NCBI GenBank assembly: GCA_031414775.1
Contig: JANOQI010000012.1
Span: 1-49,879, forward strand
Direction: 5' to 3'
Origin: Synechococcales cyanobacterium VAR_4_metabat_354
Lineage (GTDB): Bacteria > Cyanobacteriota > Cyanobacteriia > Cyanobacteriales > Chamaesiphonaceae
DNA length: 49,879 nt
Of the stretch, positions 25,344 through 33,808 are shown piece after piece. Made by a program: the position numbers and the translations under genes. Position 1 is the first letter of the stretch. Each line of letters opens with the position of its first letter. The notes below the pieces were generated by a model. It saw nothing but the letters and a program-made list of their open reading frames with translations, was not told the origin of the DNA and ran no database searches.

Positions 25344-26498
25344 TCAACCCAGTCTCGATCGATAGTCTTGATATTCAAATTTCCGCCACAATTCAAATTG
25401 ACCATTTTTATCAATCCGTCCGATCGAAGGATGAACTACGCCATTAAACATCGAAGTTTTTACCATGGTGTAATGCATCATGTCTTCAAAGATTAGTCGA
25501 TCGCCCACCACTAACTCTTGATCGAAGGCATAATCTCCTAAAAAGTCACCGGCCAGACAACTGGAGCCACCCATCCGATAAATGGTATCGCCTGCTTGGG
25601 GTTCCCGAGCACCTCGAATAACGGGCTTGTAAGGCATCTCTAGGCAATCCGGCATATGAGCTGTAAATGACACATCTAACATTACATTGATGAGATCGTC
25701 CGTGGGAATTAGATCTAATACTTTGCCAACCAAAAATCCGGTTTCCCAGGCAATAGCTGAACCCGGCTCCATCAGGAGTTGAATGTGGGGATGACGATCA
25801 TGGAAAGCATTGAGTAGATCGATCGCATGATCCACATCGTAACCTTGGCGGGTCATCAAGTGGCCACCCCCAAAATTCAGCCACTTTAGTTGTGGTAAAA
25901 ATCTGCCAAACAATAATTCGATATTGGCGATGGTTTTTTCTAAGGCGTAGGAATCGCTCTCACATAAATTGTGAGACAAAAATCCTTCAATGCCCGCTGG
26001 TAAAGTATCACCCAGCTGTTTAGCTGTTACTCCCAAGCGGCTACCGGGAGCACACGGATTATATAAAGCAGTTTTGACTGGGGAATACTCCGGATTAATC
26101 CTTAGTCCGGCGGAAGGCTTCGGGTGATGGGCGGCCACCTGCTGGCTATATTGTTGCCATTGAGTCACTGAATTGAAGGTCATGTGCGAGGCGCAGGCCA
26201 GAATTTCTGGTACATCTTCCGATCGATAGGCGGTGGAGTAAACATGCACCTCCGTACCAAATTCTTCGGCAGCGAGGCGGGCTTCCCACAGAGAGCTGGC
26301 GGAAGCTCCCTTGAGGATCTGGCGAATTTGCGGGAAGCTATGGAAGAGGGAAAAGCCTTTGAGGGCTAGCATTACCTTGATGGGTGCTGATTTTTGGACG
26401 CGATCGAAGATGGCCAGATTGCGATCGAGTAGTTGTTCTTCTAAGACAAAACAGGGCGATGGAATAGTTGCTAAAACTGCGTTGTGATTTTGGGACAT
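25344..26498 (-). CDS. nspC: Carboxy(nor)spermidine decarboxylase
   Basis: ALKGFS, ASSLWEARL, LRINPE, YNPCAPGSRLG, NFGGGH, EPGSA, HMPDCLEMPY, CLAGD, HYTMVK. Confidence 0.93.
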   Translation of the reverse strand: MSQNHNAVLATIPSPCFVLEEQLLDRNLAIFDRVQKSAPIKVMLALKGFSLFHSFPQIRQILKGASASSLWEARLAAEEFGTEVHVYSTAYRSEDVPEILACASHMTFNSVTQWQQYSQQVAAHHPKPSAGLRINPEYSPVKTALYNPCAPGSRLGVTAKQLGDTLPAGIEGFLSHNLCESDSYALEKTIANIELLFGRFLPQLKWLNFGGGHLMTRQGYDVDHAIDLLNAFHDRHPHIQLLMEPGSAIAWETGFLVGKVLDLIPTDDLINVMLDVSFTAHMPDCLEMPYKPVIRGAREPQAGDTIYRMGGSSCLAGDFLGDYAFDQELVVGDRLIFEDMMHYTMVKTSMFNGVVHPSIGRIDKNGQFELWRKFEYQDYRSRLG

Positions 26499-26704
26499 GT
26501 TTACTCAATTTAATTTGATTAATCGGGAGGTAATTCGCCCAGTCGCTGTTGATACAGCAGTTCGTAGGTGCATGAGGGACACTTTATATCCTGGATCTGT
26601 AATTGCCAGAGATGTCCAGATGGCTATCAGTAGTGATAAAGATCTGTTGGTTCTACATCTTTACAGAAATATTTCGTAACTGCTCAGAATTGTTCGGTGA
26701 TAGA

Positions 26705-27901
26705 TTACTTCTCGAATGGTGAAGCCCCATCTATTACCTCATGCCAAGGTAAACCCATGGAGCCGAGTAACTGCATAAACGGATCTGGATCGCATTCTTC
26801 CACATTAAACACCCCCGGCCTCTTCCAAGTACCATTCACTACCATAAGTGCCCCAATCACAGCTGGTACTCCCGTGGTATAGGAAATCCCCTGAGCATTT
26901 ACTTCCGCATAGGCTGCCGCGTGTTGACAATTATTGTAGACATAGTATTTCTTGGCCTTCCCATCTTTAATGCCTGTGATGTGACAGCCGATCGATGTTT
27001 GGCCAGTGTAATTAGTCGCCAGTGAAGACGGCTCTGGTAGCAAGGCTTTCAGAAACTGCAAGGGGACAATCTGTTGACCTTGGTATTCGATCGGATCAAT
27101 CCGGGTCATCCCAATATTTTCCAGCACCCGCAGATGGGTAATGTAGTTTTCCGAAAAAGTCATCCAAAACCGCGCTCGCTTCAGCGTCGGAATATTTTTG
27201 ACCAATGATTCTAGTTCCTCGTGGTAGAGCAAATAAGACTCTCGATCACCTATTTCTGGATAGGGAATTGGGCGATGAATTGAAAGAGCTGGAATCTCTA
27301 CCCACTGGCCATTTTCAAAATAGCGACCGGGTTGAGTAATTTCGCGAATATTGATTTCGGGATTAAAGTTAGTGGCAAAGGCTTTACCATGATTGCCATC
27401 ATTGCAATCGATAATATCTAGATAGTGAATTTCATCAAAATGGTGTTTCAGGGCGTAGGCACTAAATACCCCCGTTACCCCCGGATCGAAACCACAACCC
27501 AGAATTGCTGTTAACCCAGCAGCCTTAAATTTATCTTGATATGCCCACTGCCAACTATATTCAAACTTAGCCACATCCAGCGGCTCGTAGTTGGCCGTAT
27601 CTAGATAGTCCACACCCGTTTCTAGGCAGGCATCCATCAACGCTAGATCTTGATAGGGCAAAGCCACATTAATCAAAATATCCGGACGAAACTCTTTAAT
27701 TAGTTTGACGGTATTGGCCACCACATCCGCATTCAGGGCGGCAGTCTTCACTTTCGGTGAACCAATCTGAGTGGCAATTCGATCGCACTTATCCACGCTC
27801 CGACTGGCCAATAAAATATCAGTGAATTCGGCTTGGGCTGCACATTTATGTGCCACCACATTCCCCACGCCACCGGCTCCCACAATCATTACCCGTGCCA
27901 T
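26705..27901 (-). CDS. Saccharopine dehydrogenase family protein; carboxy(nor)spermidine / carboxyaminopropylagmatine dehydrogenase
   Basis: GAGGVG Rossmann motif, INVALPYQDL, YLDTANYE, GCGFDPG, FATNFNPEINIRE, YHEELESL; directly upstream of nspC; AGGAG RBS. Confidence 0.92.
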   Translation of the reverse strand: MARVMIVGAGGVGNVVAHKCAAQAEFTDILLASRSVDKCDRIATQIGSPKVKTAALNADVVANTVKLIKEFRPDILINVALPYQDLALMDACLETGVDYLDTANYEPLDVAKFEYSWQWAYQDKFKAAGLTAILGCGFDPGVTGVFSAYALKHHFDEIHYLDIIDCNDGNHGKAFATNFNPEINIREITQPGRYFENGQWVEIPALSIHRPIPYPEIGDRESYLLYHEELESLVKNIPTLKRARFWMTFSENYITHLRVLENIGMTRIDPIEYQGQQIVPLQFLKALLPEPSSLATNYTGQTSIGCHITGIKDGKAKKYYVYNNCQHAAAYAEVNAQGISYTTGVPAVIGALMVVNGTWKRPGVFNVEECDPDPFMQLLGSMGLPWHEVIDGASPFEK

Positions 27902-28298
27902 AACTATCTCCTGAAATAAAGGACTTTTCTACATTTGAAAGGTCAAGGCAGCGTTTATGCTGATACCCGACGATGCTTATTCTCAGTCTTCATACGATCG
28001 CCATGATATTATAGCAGTCTCTAAAAGCATGAGATGCATGAAATCTTTGTCTAGCAAAGCTTTCAGTCTTTCAGCTTGTTCCGTTCACTATTGTTTAAAG
28101 CGCTGAGTATGAAGATGGCATTTCGGCTGATTTCTTTAACTTCCCAGGCATTTTTATCAACAAAGAATTACATTTGAAATATGAAGAGCTTTTCACTCGT
28201 AAATGTGTGTCAATAGAAGCACATCTAAACATCATAAATATTCCGACATTGTTGCCTAAATATTTGTGATAAAAAATATCAGCCAAGGAGAAAATCAA

Positions 28299-28493
28299 GT
28301 GATAGAATCTCTCAATTTTTTGTACTATGTATATCCTTATCAATGGCAGGTCAATCCTGAAAGTCTACAGAAGTTTATTGATCAAGTAGATTATCTCTGT
28401 AGTCTGGAGAATAGGGAAGAAATTTCATCCCAAGAAGCATACAATCAAATCAAATTAGCCTTGACGGAACTTGAATTTAGTGAAAACAACTAA
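28299..28493 (+). CDS. Small cyanobacterial conserved-family protein (DUF7219-like), divergent
   Basis: GTG start 8 nt after AGGAG; FLY..YPY...LQKF..QVDYLCSLE...EISSQEAYNQIK resembles the FLYP..Y.G...LQEF.Q.V.YI..LE..GKIS..EAY..IK family. Confidence 0.55.
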   Translation: MIESLNFLYYVYPYQWQVNPESLQKFIDQVDYLCSLENREEISSQEAYNQIKLALTELEFSENN

Positions 28494-28649
28494 ACATCGA
28501 TCAACATCTTTTTCAACAAGAATGATATGAATTTGCAATTTAAACTTGAAATCGCCTGAATCCTTAAAATGTCCGAGAATCAATATCTTTTGGCATTTTA
28601 ATTAGAATCTTCGCATGAAAATTAAAAATGCCAGACTTGACAATCAACT

Positions 28650-29537
28650 TTACCCAGTTTCACCAATTAACCATACTCCTACTATCATTAAACCAACTAG
28701 TCCACATTTAATCGGTAGATTTCTACTAGTTTCACTATCAATTCTTCGTCGCAAAATAGCAATCAGTAAAGATATCCCAAAAGCAAATGCTGGTGTAGAA
28801 GCTTGTATGGCAGAAACTAAAACTGGAATTCCTAGTTTAACCGCTAATTGACCAGTGTAAAGAGCTGTCAAATTAATTAACTCAATTGCTATGAATATAG
28901 GTAAAGCTGTTTTAATTTTCGGTAAATCTTTGATTAATGTTAGTCTAACTTCTTTTATCACTAAGCTACCTAGCCCACTGATAATAATACCAGCGGTAAT
29001 AGCTAAAAATGCTCCAAAAAAATCAGTATGTTCGAAGATATATTTCTCAAGTAGTACTACTACTGTCTGAAGTCCAGCGGCAATTGACATTAAATAGAGA
29101 GTACCCCATCTACTAGTAAATCTATCGATCGAACATAATCCTACAGAAGTAAATACCAATATAATTATGCCAATACAATTGTTTATAGTAATTAAATATC
29201 CAAATAGCCAATAGCTAATAATAGGAAGTAATATAGGGGTGAGATTCCAATATGCTGCGACTGTACCAGAATCGCTACAATCTAAGGCACGAAAATAGAA
29301 TAATTGACTGAGCTGGATAATAGCTCCGGTCATTAAACAGATAAGTAAAATATTCAAATGTGGAATAACTACCGTCACATTTAAAATAGGAAATAGTAAG
29401 AAAATACCAACTGAAATACCGGAACTAGTAATTACACCTAACCACGGCTTACTAAAAATATTATCTACACAATGTTCGTCTAAAATATGAACTACAGCCC
29501 ATAATAAAGAGCTAAGTAAAGAGTATTGTATCCACAT
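28650..29537 (-). CDS. EamA/DMT family transporter
   Basis: About 10 hydrophobic helices in two repeats (FYFRAL...VAAYWNLTP; VSAIQASTPAF); AT-rich codon usage; start MWIQY (alternative 29567). Confidence 0.85.
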   Translation of the reverse strand: MWIQYSLLSSLLWAVVHILDEHCVDNIFSKPWLGVITSSGISVGIFLLFPILNVTVVIPHLNILLICLMTGAIIQLSQLFYFRALDCSDSGTVAAYWNLTPILLPIISYWLFGYLITINNCIGIIILVFTSVGLCSIDRFTSRWGTLYLMSIAAGLQTVVVLLEKYIFEHTDFFGAFLAITAGIIISGLGSLVIKEVRLTLIKDLPKIKTALPIFIAIELINLTALYTGQLAVKLGIPVLVSAIQASTPAFAFGISLLIAILRRRIDSETSRNLPIKCGLVGLMIVGVWLIGETG

Positions 29538-29915
29538 AACAGACCAACTAGAAAAGATAAAAGGCATCCAAAATTCGAGAATATCTAAATTCTCCTGAAA
29601 ATTCGAGATGTGGACAACCTTCTTTTAAGACCTAATTTCTAGATTGATTCCCACTCACTGCATTTAAAGATCAAGAATACAATAGCATGAAAACAATAAT
29701 ATTCTATATTCAAATTAAATATTGTATTTTATAGATATTTCTGATTAAATCTTATTCTTGACACTTTAAGATCTTTTGCTATTTCTATTGATTTTTATAG
29801 TCCTATTCATGGCTAAGATGATAATAATTTGAAGAAAATAATGCTAAATCTTATTTATGGATACCCTCCCACAAAAGGGAAAATATCCATATAAAGTTAA
29901 ATATGATCAAGATTC

Positions 29916-29996
29916 TGTAGATACATAATACTTTACGTTGCGTATCTACACTTTTTGCTCTACACTGTAAATACTGTAAAGCAAAATGTAAAGCAA
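29916..29996. promoter_or_regulatory. Repeat cluster, candidate operator of the RHH gene
   Basis: Inverted pair TGTAGATAC (29916-24) / GTATCTACA (29942-50), TCTACACT twice, TGTAAA three times (TGTAAAGCAAA twice), directly before the ATG. Confidence 0.5.
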
Positions 29997-30311
29997 ATGA
30001 AAAGAATAGCTGTCAATTTTAGGTTAGAAGCAGAGTTACTGGAACTACTCAAAACCACGGCTAAGAGCAAGGCCCTATCAAAAACTGCAATGCTGGAAGA
30101 GTGTTTGAAATCTGTCCTTTCCTCCCCTTCTGACACGGATGGATCGGAGGAAATTAATACAAAAGTAAGTAATAAGGCTAAAGATATTCAAACTCTTGTC
30201 GATGCAACTGTAGAGCAGAAAGTTAATACACATTTCCAGGAAATAGAAAAGGCAATTGCACAGCTCCAAAACGATCTGGCCAAGCTGCGACAATCATCAC
30301 CTTCAAAATAG
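29997..30311 (+). CDS. Ribbon-helix-helix (CopG-like) DNA-binding protein with C-terminal coiled coil
   Basis: MKRIAVNFRL beta strand, E-ELLELLK-TAK helix, LSKTAMLEECL helix; heptad-like C-terminus. Confidence 0.7.
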   Translation: MKRIAVNFRLEAELLELLKTTAKSKALSKTAMLEECLKSVLSSPSDTDGSEEINTKVSNKAKDIQTLVDATVEQKVNTHFQEIEKAIAQLQNDLAKLRQSSPSK

Positions 30312-30345
30312 CTATATTATACTAAATAATAAGGATATAGCTGAA

Positions 30346-30520
30346 CTCGACTTTATCCATTTTTCCAACTCGCTGAGGACAGTGGTTTCATCCTTTTGGA
30401 TGAAACCACCGACCATTTGAGTGCCTGCCATTGATGCTGATACCATTAAAAGTTACATGGGCATCATGCCATAGTGATAACTTCTGTCATTTACTTCTAT
30501 GGTAAATAGGTAAAGTCGAG
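30346..30520. other. ~175-nt structured element bounded by an inverted repeat (MITE or ncRNA)
   Basis: CTCGACTTTA (30346-55) / TAAAGTCGAG (30511-20), extendable imperfectly; internal perfect 12-bp hairpin 30382-30409; further imperfect hairpin 30450-30483. Confidence 0.55.
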
Positions 30521-30671
30521 CTTTAAAAATCAACCAGAAGTGTCAACTTGTTTTGAAATTAGCGTTATACCTTACTACTACAGTTCCCAAAAATCGAGAA
30601 TTTACTATTTTTCCGTCCTCAAGCTCTCCGAACATTGATAAAATTGGAAAAAATCAAAGAGAGAGAAGATC

Positions 30672-31415
30672 ATGGCTCCCCTGACCGCTCATCCTACCTT
30701 GGATATTCCAGCTCTAGATATTGAATTAGCTAAGCTGAGTCCCCGCAAAATTTTAGAAAAGGCTCTCAGCCAGTTTGACAACATTGCGATTTCTTTTAGC
30801 GGCGCTGAAGACGTTGTGCTGATTGACATGGCACACAAAATCAACAAAGACATTCAAGTATTTAGCTTAGATACTGGTCGCCTCCATCCGGAAACCTATC
30901 AATTTATCGATCGCGTTCGCAAGCATTATGGCATTACGATCGATGTAATGTATCCAGACAGCGCCAAGTTGGAAGAATTCGTCAGCGCTAAGGGTCTATT
31001 TAGCTTCTACGATGATGGCCATAAGGAATGCTGCGGTATTCGCAAGGTCGCGCCGTTGCGCCGGAAGTTATCGACGCTCCAGGCTTGGATTACTGGTCAG
31101 CGTAAAGATCAAAGTCCTTCTACTCGCGCTGAAGTACCGGTGGTGCAGTTTGATGGCGCTTTTTCTACGGAGACCAATCCTTTGGTGAAATTTAATCCGC
31201 TGGCTAACTGGAGTTCTGATGAGGTGTGGATGTATATTCGCGCTTACAAGGTTCCGTATAATCCTTTGCATGAGCGGGGTTTTGCCAGTATTGGTTGTGA
31301 ACCTTGCACGAAGGCCACGTTACCAAACCAGCATGAGCGGGAAGGTCGTTGGTGGTGGGAGGAGGCTACTCAGAAGGAGTGTGGTTTACATGCTGCTGAG
31401 GAAGCTGACAAATAA
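30672..31415 (+). CDS. cysH: Adenosine 5'-phosphosulfate (APS) reductase, [4Fe-4S] type
   Basis: [24 protein letters not shown] and SIGCEPCT (CC...CxxC), EREGRW, ECGLH. Confidence 0.93.
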   Translation: MAPLTAHPTLDIPALDIELAKLSPRKILEKALSQFDNIAISFSGAEDVVLIDMAHKINKDIQVFSLDTGRLHPETYQFIDRVRKHYGITIDVMYPDSAKLEEFVSAKGLFSFYDDGHKECCGIRKVAPLRRKLSTLQAWITGQRKDQSPSTRAEVPVVQFDGAFSTETNPLVKFNPLANWSSDEVWMYIRAYKVPYNPLHERGFASIGCEPCTKATLPNQHEREGRWWWEEATQKECGLHAAEEADK

Positions 31416-31436
31416 TTAGGTTGCTTGGGTACAGAC

Positions 31437-31482
31437 GTTGGCTCAGCCTGTTGGTACAAGAAAACTAACGGCTGATCCCAAC
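31437..31482. terminator. Imperfect hairpin between convergent cysH and the permease gene
   Basis: GTTGG.TCAGCC.GTTGG...CTAAC.GGCTGA.CCCAAC. Confidence 0.45.
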
Positions 31483-31539
31483 TTATTACAGTTACCACCA
31501 GGATATTGTCTGGGGTGAGTCGATGGCAATGAAACTTGA

Positions 31540-32394
31540 TTAACCCATACCCTTGAAAAGTCCCTTTGGTTTGAATAAAAGGGTCAACACCATCGCTAGT
31601 AAGGCGATCGCTAACTTGTATTCAGAACCCACGATCGGCACCGCTACTTCTTGGGCAATCCCAATCACAAAGGCACCAGCGATCGCCCCGTAAGGATTGC
31701 CAATGCCTCCCAGAATAACCGCAGCAAACATGGGCAGAATCAAAAACCACCCCATATTAGGACGGACAGCGGTCAGACCATATAAACTACCGGCTAAGGC
31801 CGTGAGGACACCGGTAATAATCCATGTCCATAGCACTACTTGCTCGACATTAATACCAGTGACTTTAGCCAAATCTGGGTCATCAGCCACTGCCCGCATC
31901 GCTTTACCAATTTTGGTGTTTTGTAATAAAAAGTGTAGAGCCGCGATCGCTACTACCGACACCACCAGAATAATGATGCTGGAATACTTGACCCGTAGAC
32001 CGAACATATCGATCGCTTCGGCCACTGGTAAATTATAGCTTTGGTTATTACTACCCCAAAGAAAAATAATGCCATTCCGCAGGAATAGCGATAGTCCGAT
32101 CGAGATAATAATTACAGTCGTAGCCGAAGCCCGCTGGCGGCGCATCGGTTGCCAGAGCAATTTCTCGGAGAGCAACATCGCTCCGACGGTACCCACCATC
32201 CCCACAACCATCGATAGCCAGACATTGACCCCTAGCTGGTTAGTGACCCAAGTAAGGTAAGCCCCCAGCGTCATAAAGTCACCGTGGGCAAAGTTAGAAA
32301 GCTTTAAAATGCCATAGGTGAGGGTTAAACCCACCGCTGCCAATGCGATAATACTGCCCAAGGCAATGCCATTAACAATTAATTGTGGGTCCAT
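31540..32394 (-). CDS. natD: Branched-chain/neutral amino acid ABC transporter permease (LivH family)
   Basis: NGIALGSIIALAAVGLTLTYGIL..NFAHGD, TKIGKAMRAVAD, AAVILGGIG, PKGLF. Confidence 0.88.
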   Translation of the reverse strand: MDPQLIVNGIALGSIIALAAVGLTLTYGILKLSNFAHGDFMTLGAYLTWVTNQLGVNVWLSMVVGMVGTVGAMLLSEKLLWQPMRRQRASATTVIIISIGLSLFLRNGIIFLWGSNNQSYNLPVAEAIDMFGLRVKYSSIIILVVSVVAIAALHFLLQNTKIGKAMRAVADDPDLAKVTGINVEQVVLWTWIITGVLTALAGSLYGLTAVRPNMGWFLILPMFAAVILGGIGNPYGAIAGAFVIGIAQEVAVPIVGSEYKLAIALLAMVLTLLFKPKGLFKGMG

Positions 32395-32470
32395 GTGGGG
32401 TCAAGAATACAGTTTTAGTCTGAAGAAATTTAACCATAATTAGCCGCATTAAAAACAGATAATCGAGATA

Positions 32471-33559
32471 ATGAACAGAATTACCGTCGAAAGTAGAGCC
32501 GTTATTGTAGGTCTGGTGGGCAGTCATGGCTATGGATTGAGTCGGCCAGAGTCTGATCGAGATTATCGGGGCGTATTTGTAGCCCCCAAAAATTATTATC
32601 TGGGTCTGAGTACGATCGAACAAAAAGATCAGGGCTGGAATGAGCCGGGGATGCTGCCTTTTTTGGATGGCAACCAAGATACCGTAATTTATGAATTGCG
32701 TAAATACATGCAACTCTTGGCGGGTTCTAATCCTAATATCTTGGAGTTGCTGTGGCTGAAGGAATATCCTTTTCTGACCCCCGTTGGCGAGAAACTGATT
32801 CGGCACCGCCAAATGTTTTTAAGCAAAAAAGTGAAATACACTTTTTCGGGTTATGCCTTTGCCCAAATTAAAAAAATTGAATCCCATCGCAAATGGTTGC
32901 TCAATCCACCAACTAAAAAACCTGTCCCCGCCGATTTTGATTTTGACTTGGAAGAACCGCTAACTAAAGATGAAGTCAATGCTTTTTTAGAATATTTGTA
33001 CAGCCTCGTGCGCGGCAAAATTGAATATCTGGCTGAATCGCGAGAATTACACCAATTACTCACTGGTGATATCGACTTCAAGGGACTGCTCAAGCAATAT
33101 CCGCTGACAGCTGAATCGATTCTCTATAGTCAGACCTTGACCAATAGTCGGGGCGATTTTATTCGCCTGTTGCAACGCAGCCAAAAATATCGGGCCGCTT
33201 GCGTGGAATGGGCAGCTTATCAATCTTGGCAAAAAAATCGCAATCCACACCGGGCTGGGATGGAGCAAAAATCTGGATACGACCTCAAACATGCTATGCA
33301 CTGTATTCGGTTGCTGCGCTGTGGGGTGGAAATTTTACGCGATGGCCAGGTCTGGGTCGATCGACAAGAAGCGGGTGATGCCGAACAACTTCGATCGATC
33401 ATCAATGGTAATTATAGTTATGAGCAAATTACCCAGTTAGCCGATCAGTTAGTAGCCGAGATGGAGATTGCTTATGGCCAATCTACCTTGCCAGACAAAC
33501 CCGATTTGCAGTCGATCGATCAACTCTGCGTGGAGTTAGTTGAAGAGTTTGGTTGGTAG
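32471..33559 (+). CDS. DNA polymerase beta superfamily nucleotidyltransferase (RlaP/YcgL-like)
   Basis: GSHGYG...SDRDYRGVF (GS..DxD), YELRKY, NPNILELLW, FSGYA..Q, GYDLKHAMHCIRLL. Confidence 0.88.
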   Translation: MNRITVESRAVIVGLVGSHGYGLSRPESDRDYRGVFVAPKNYYLGLSTIEQKDQGWNEPGMLPFLDGNQDTVIYELRKYMQLLAGSNPNILELLWLKEYPFLTPVGEKLIRHRQMFLSKKVKYTFSGYAFAQIKKIESHRKWLLNPPTKKPVPADFDFDLEEPLTKDEVNAFLEYLYSLVRGKIEYLAESRELHQLLTGDIDFKGLLKQYPLTAESILYSQTLTNSRGDFIRLLQRSQKYRAACVEWAAYQSWQKNRNPHRAGMEQKSGYDLKHAMHCIRLLRCGVEILRDGQVWVDRQEAGDAEQLRSIINGNYSYEQITQLADQLVAEMEIAYGQSTLPDKPDLQSIDQLCVELVEEFGW

Positions 33560-33579
33560 TTGAATTAGTAGTTAACGAT

Positions 33580-33741
33580 CTAAATTCGATCGCGAGGCCT
33601 TTCAATATCGCAAATTACTCCTTGCACGACTAGACCGGCACAGAGTTGATCCACAGCCTCTTGACCATCGCGGGCTTGTTCGATCGATGCCAATAGAATA
33701 ATTTGGGATTGCCAAGAAATCTTCGTACCATTCTCACTCAC
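33580..33741 (-). pseudogene. Decayed receiver-domain fragment of a cyanobacterial CheA/PilL-type hybrid kinase
   Basis: One frame gives IEQARDGQEAVDQLCAGLVVQGVICDIERPR*; a second frame gives VRRFL just upstream. Together they match the recalled pattern VRRFLALTL..GY.VEQA.DGQEA...L..GL.VQAVICDIEMPR. Confidence 0.7.
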
Positions 33742-33808
33742 TCACTAAGTCCGTACGCTTCGATGCTGCTCTGAGTACAAAGTAAAATTTAAGAATGAAT
33801 TGCTTGGT

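Noticed and set aside
26497..26679. 60-aa ORF in the gap between the dehydrogenase and nspC
   Set aside because: Antisense to the operon, with no motif or RBS.
28095..28343. 82-aa minus-strand ORF and a startless ~57-codon plus-strand frame in the same gap
   Set aside because: No recognisable motif or RBS; overlaps the better-supported plus-strand gene; likely chance in AT-rich DNA.
30373..30410. Hammerhead ribozyme (CTGAGGA...GAAA)
   Set aside because: No stem II can form between CUGANGA and GAAA; the GAAA is buried in the hairpin stem.
30351..30482. SAM-I riboswitch upstream of cysH (TTATC...GAGGAC..TGG...GATGAAACC...GTGCC...GATAA)
   Set aside because: The AUCxAGAG start, kink-turn GGCCC and GCAACC core are absent, and GATGAAACC is explained as one arm of a perfect hairpin. 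Kept only as an unknown structured element.
30346..30520. Retron msr-msd (terminal inverted repeats with hairpins)
   Set aside because: No reverse transcriptase anywhere in the window.
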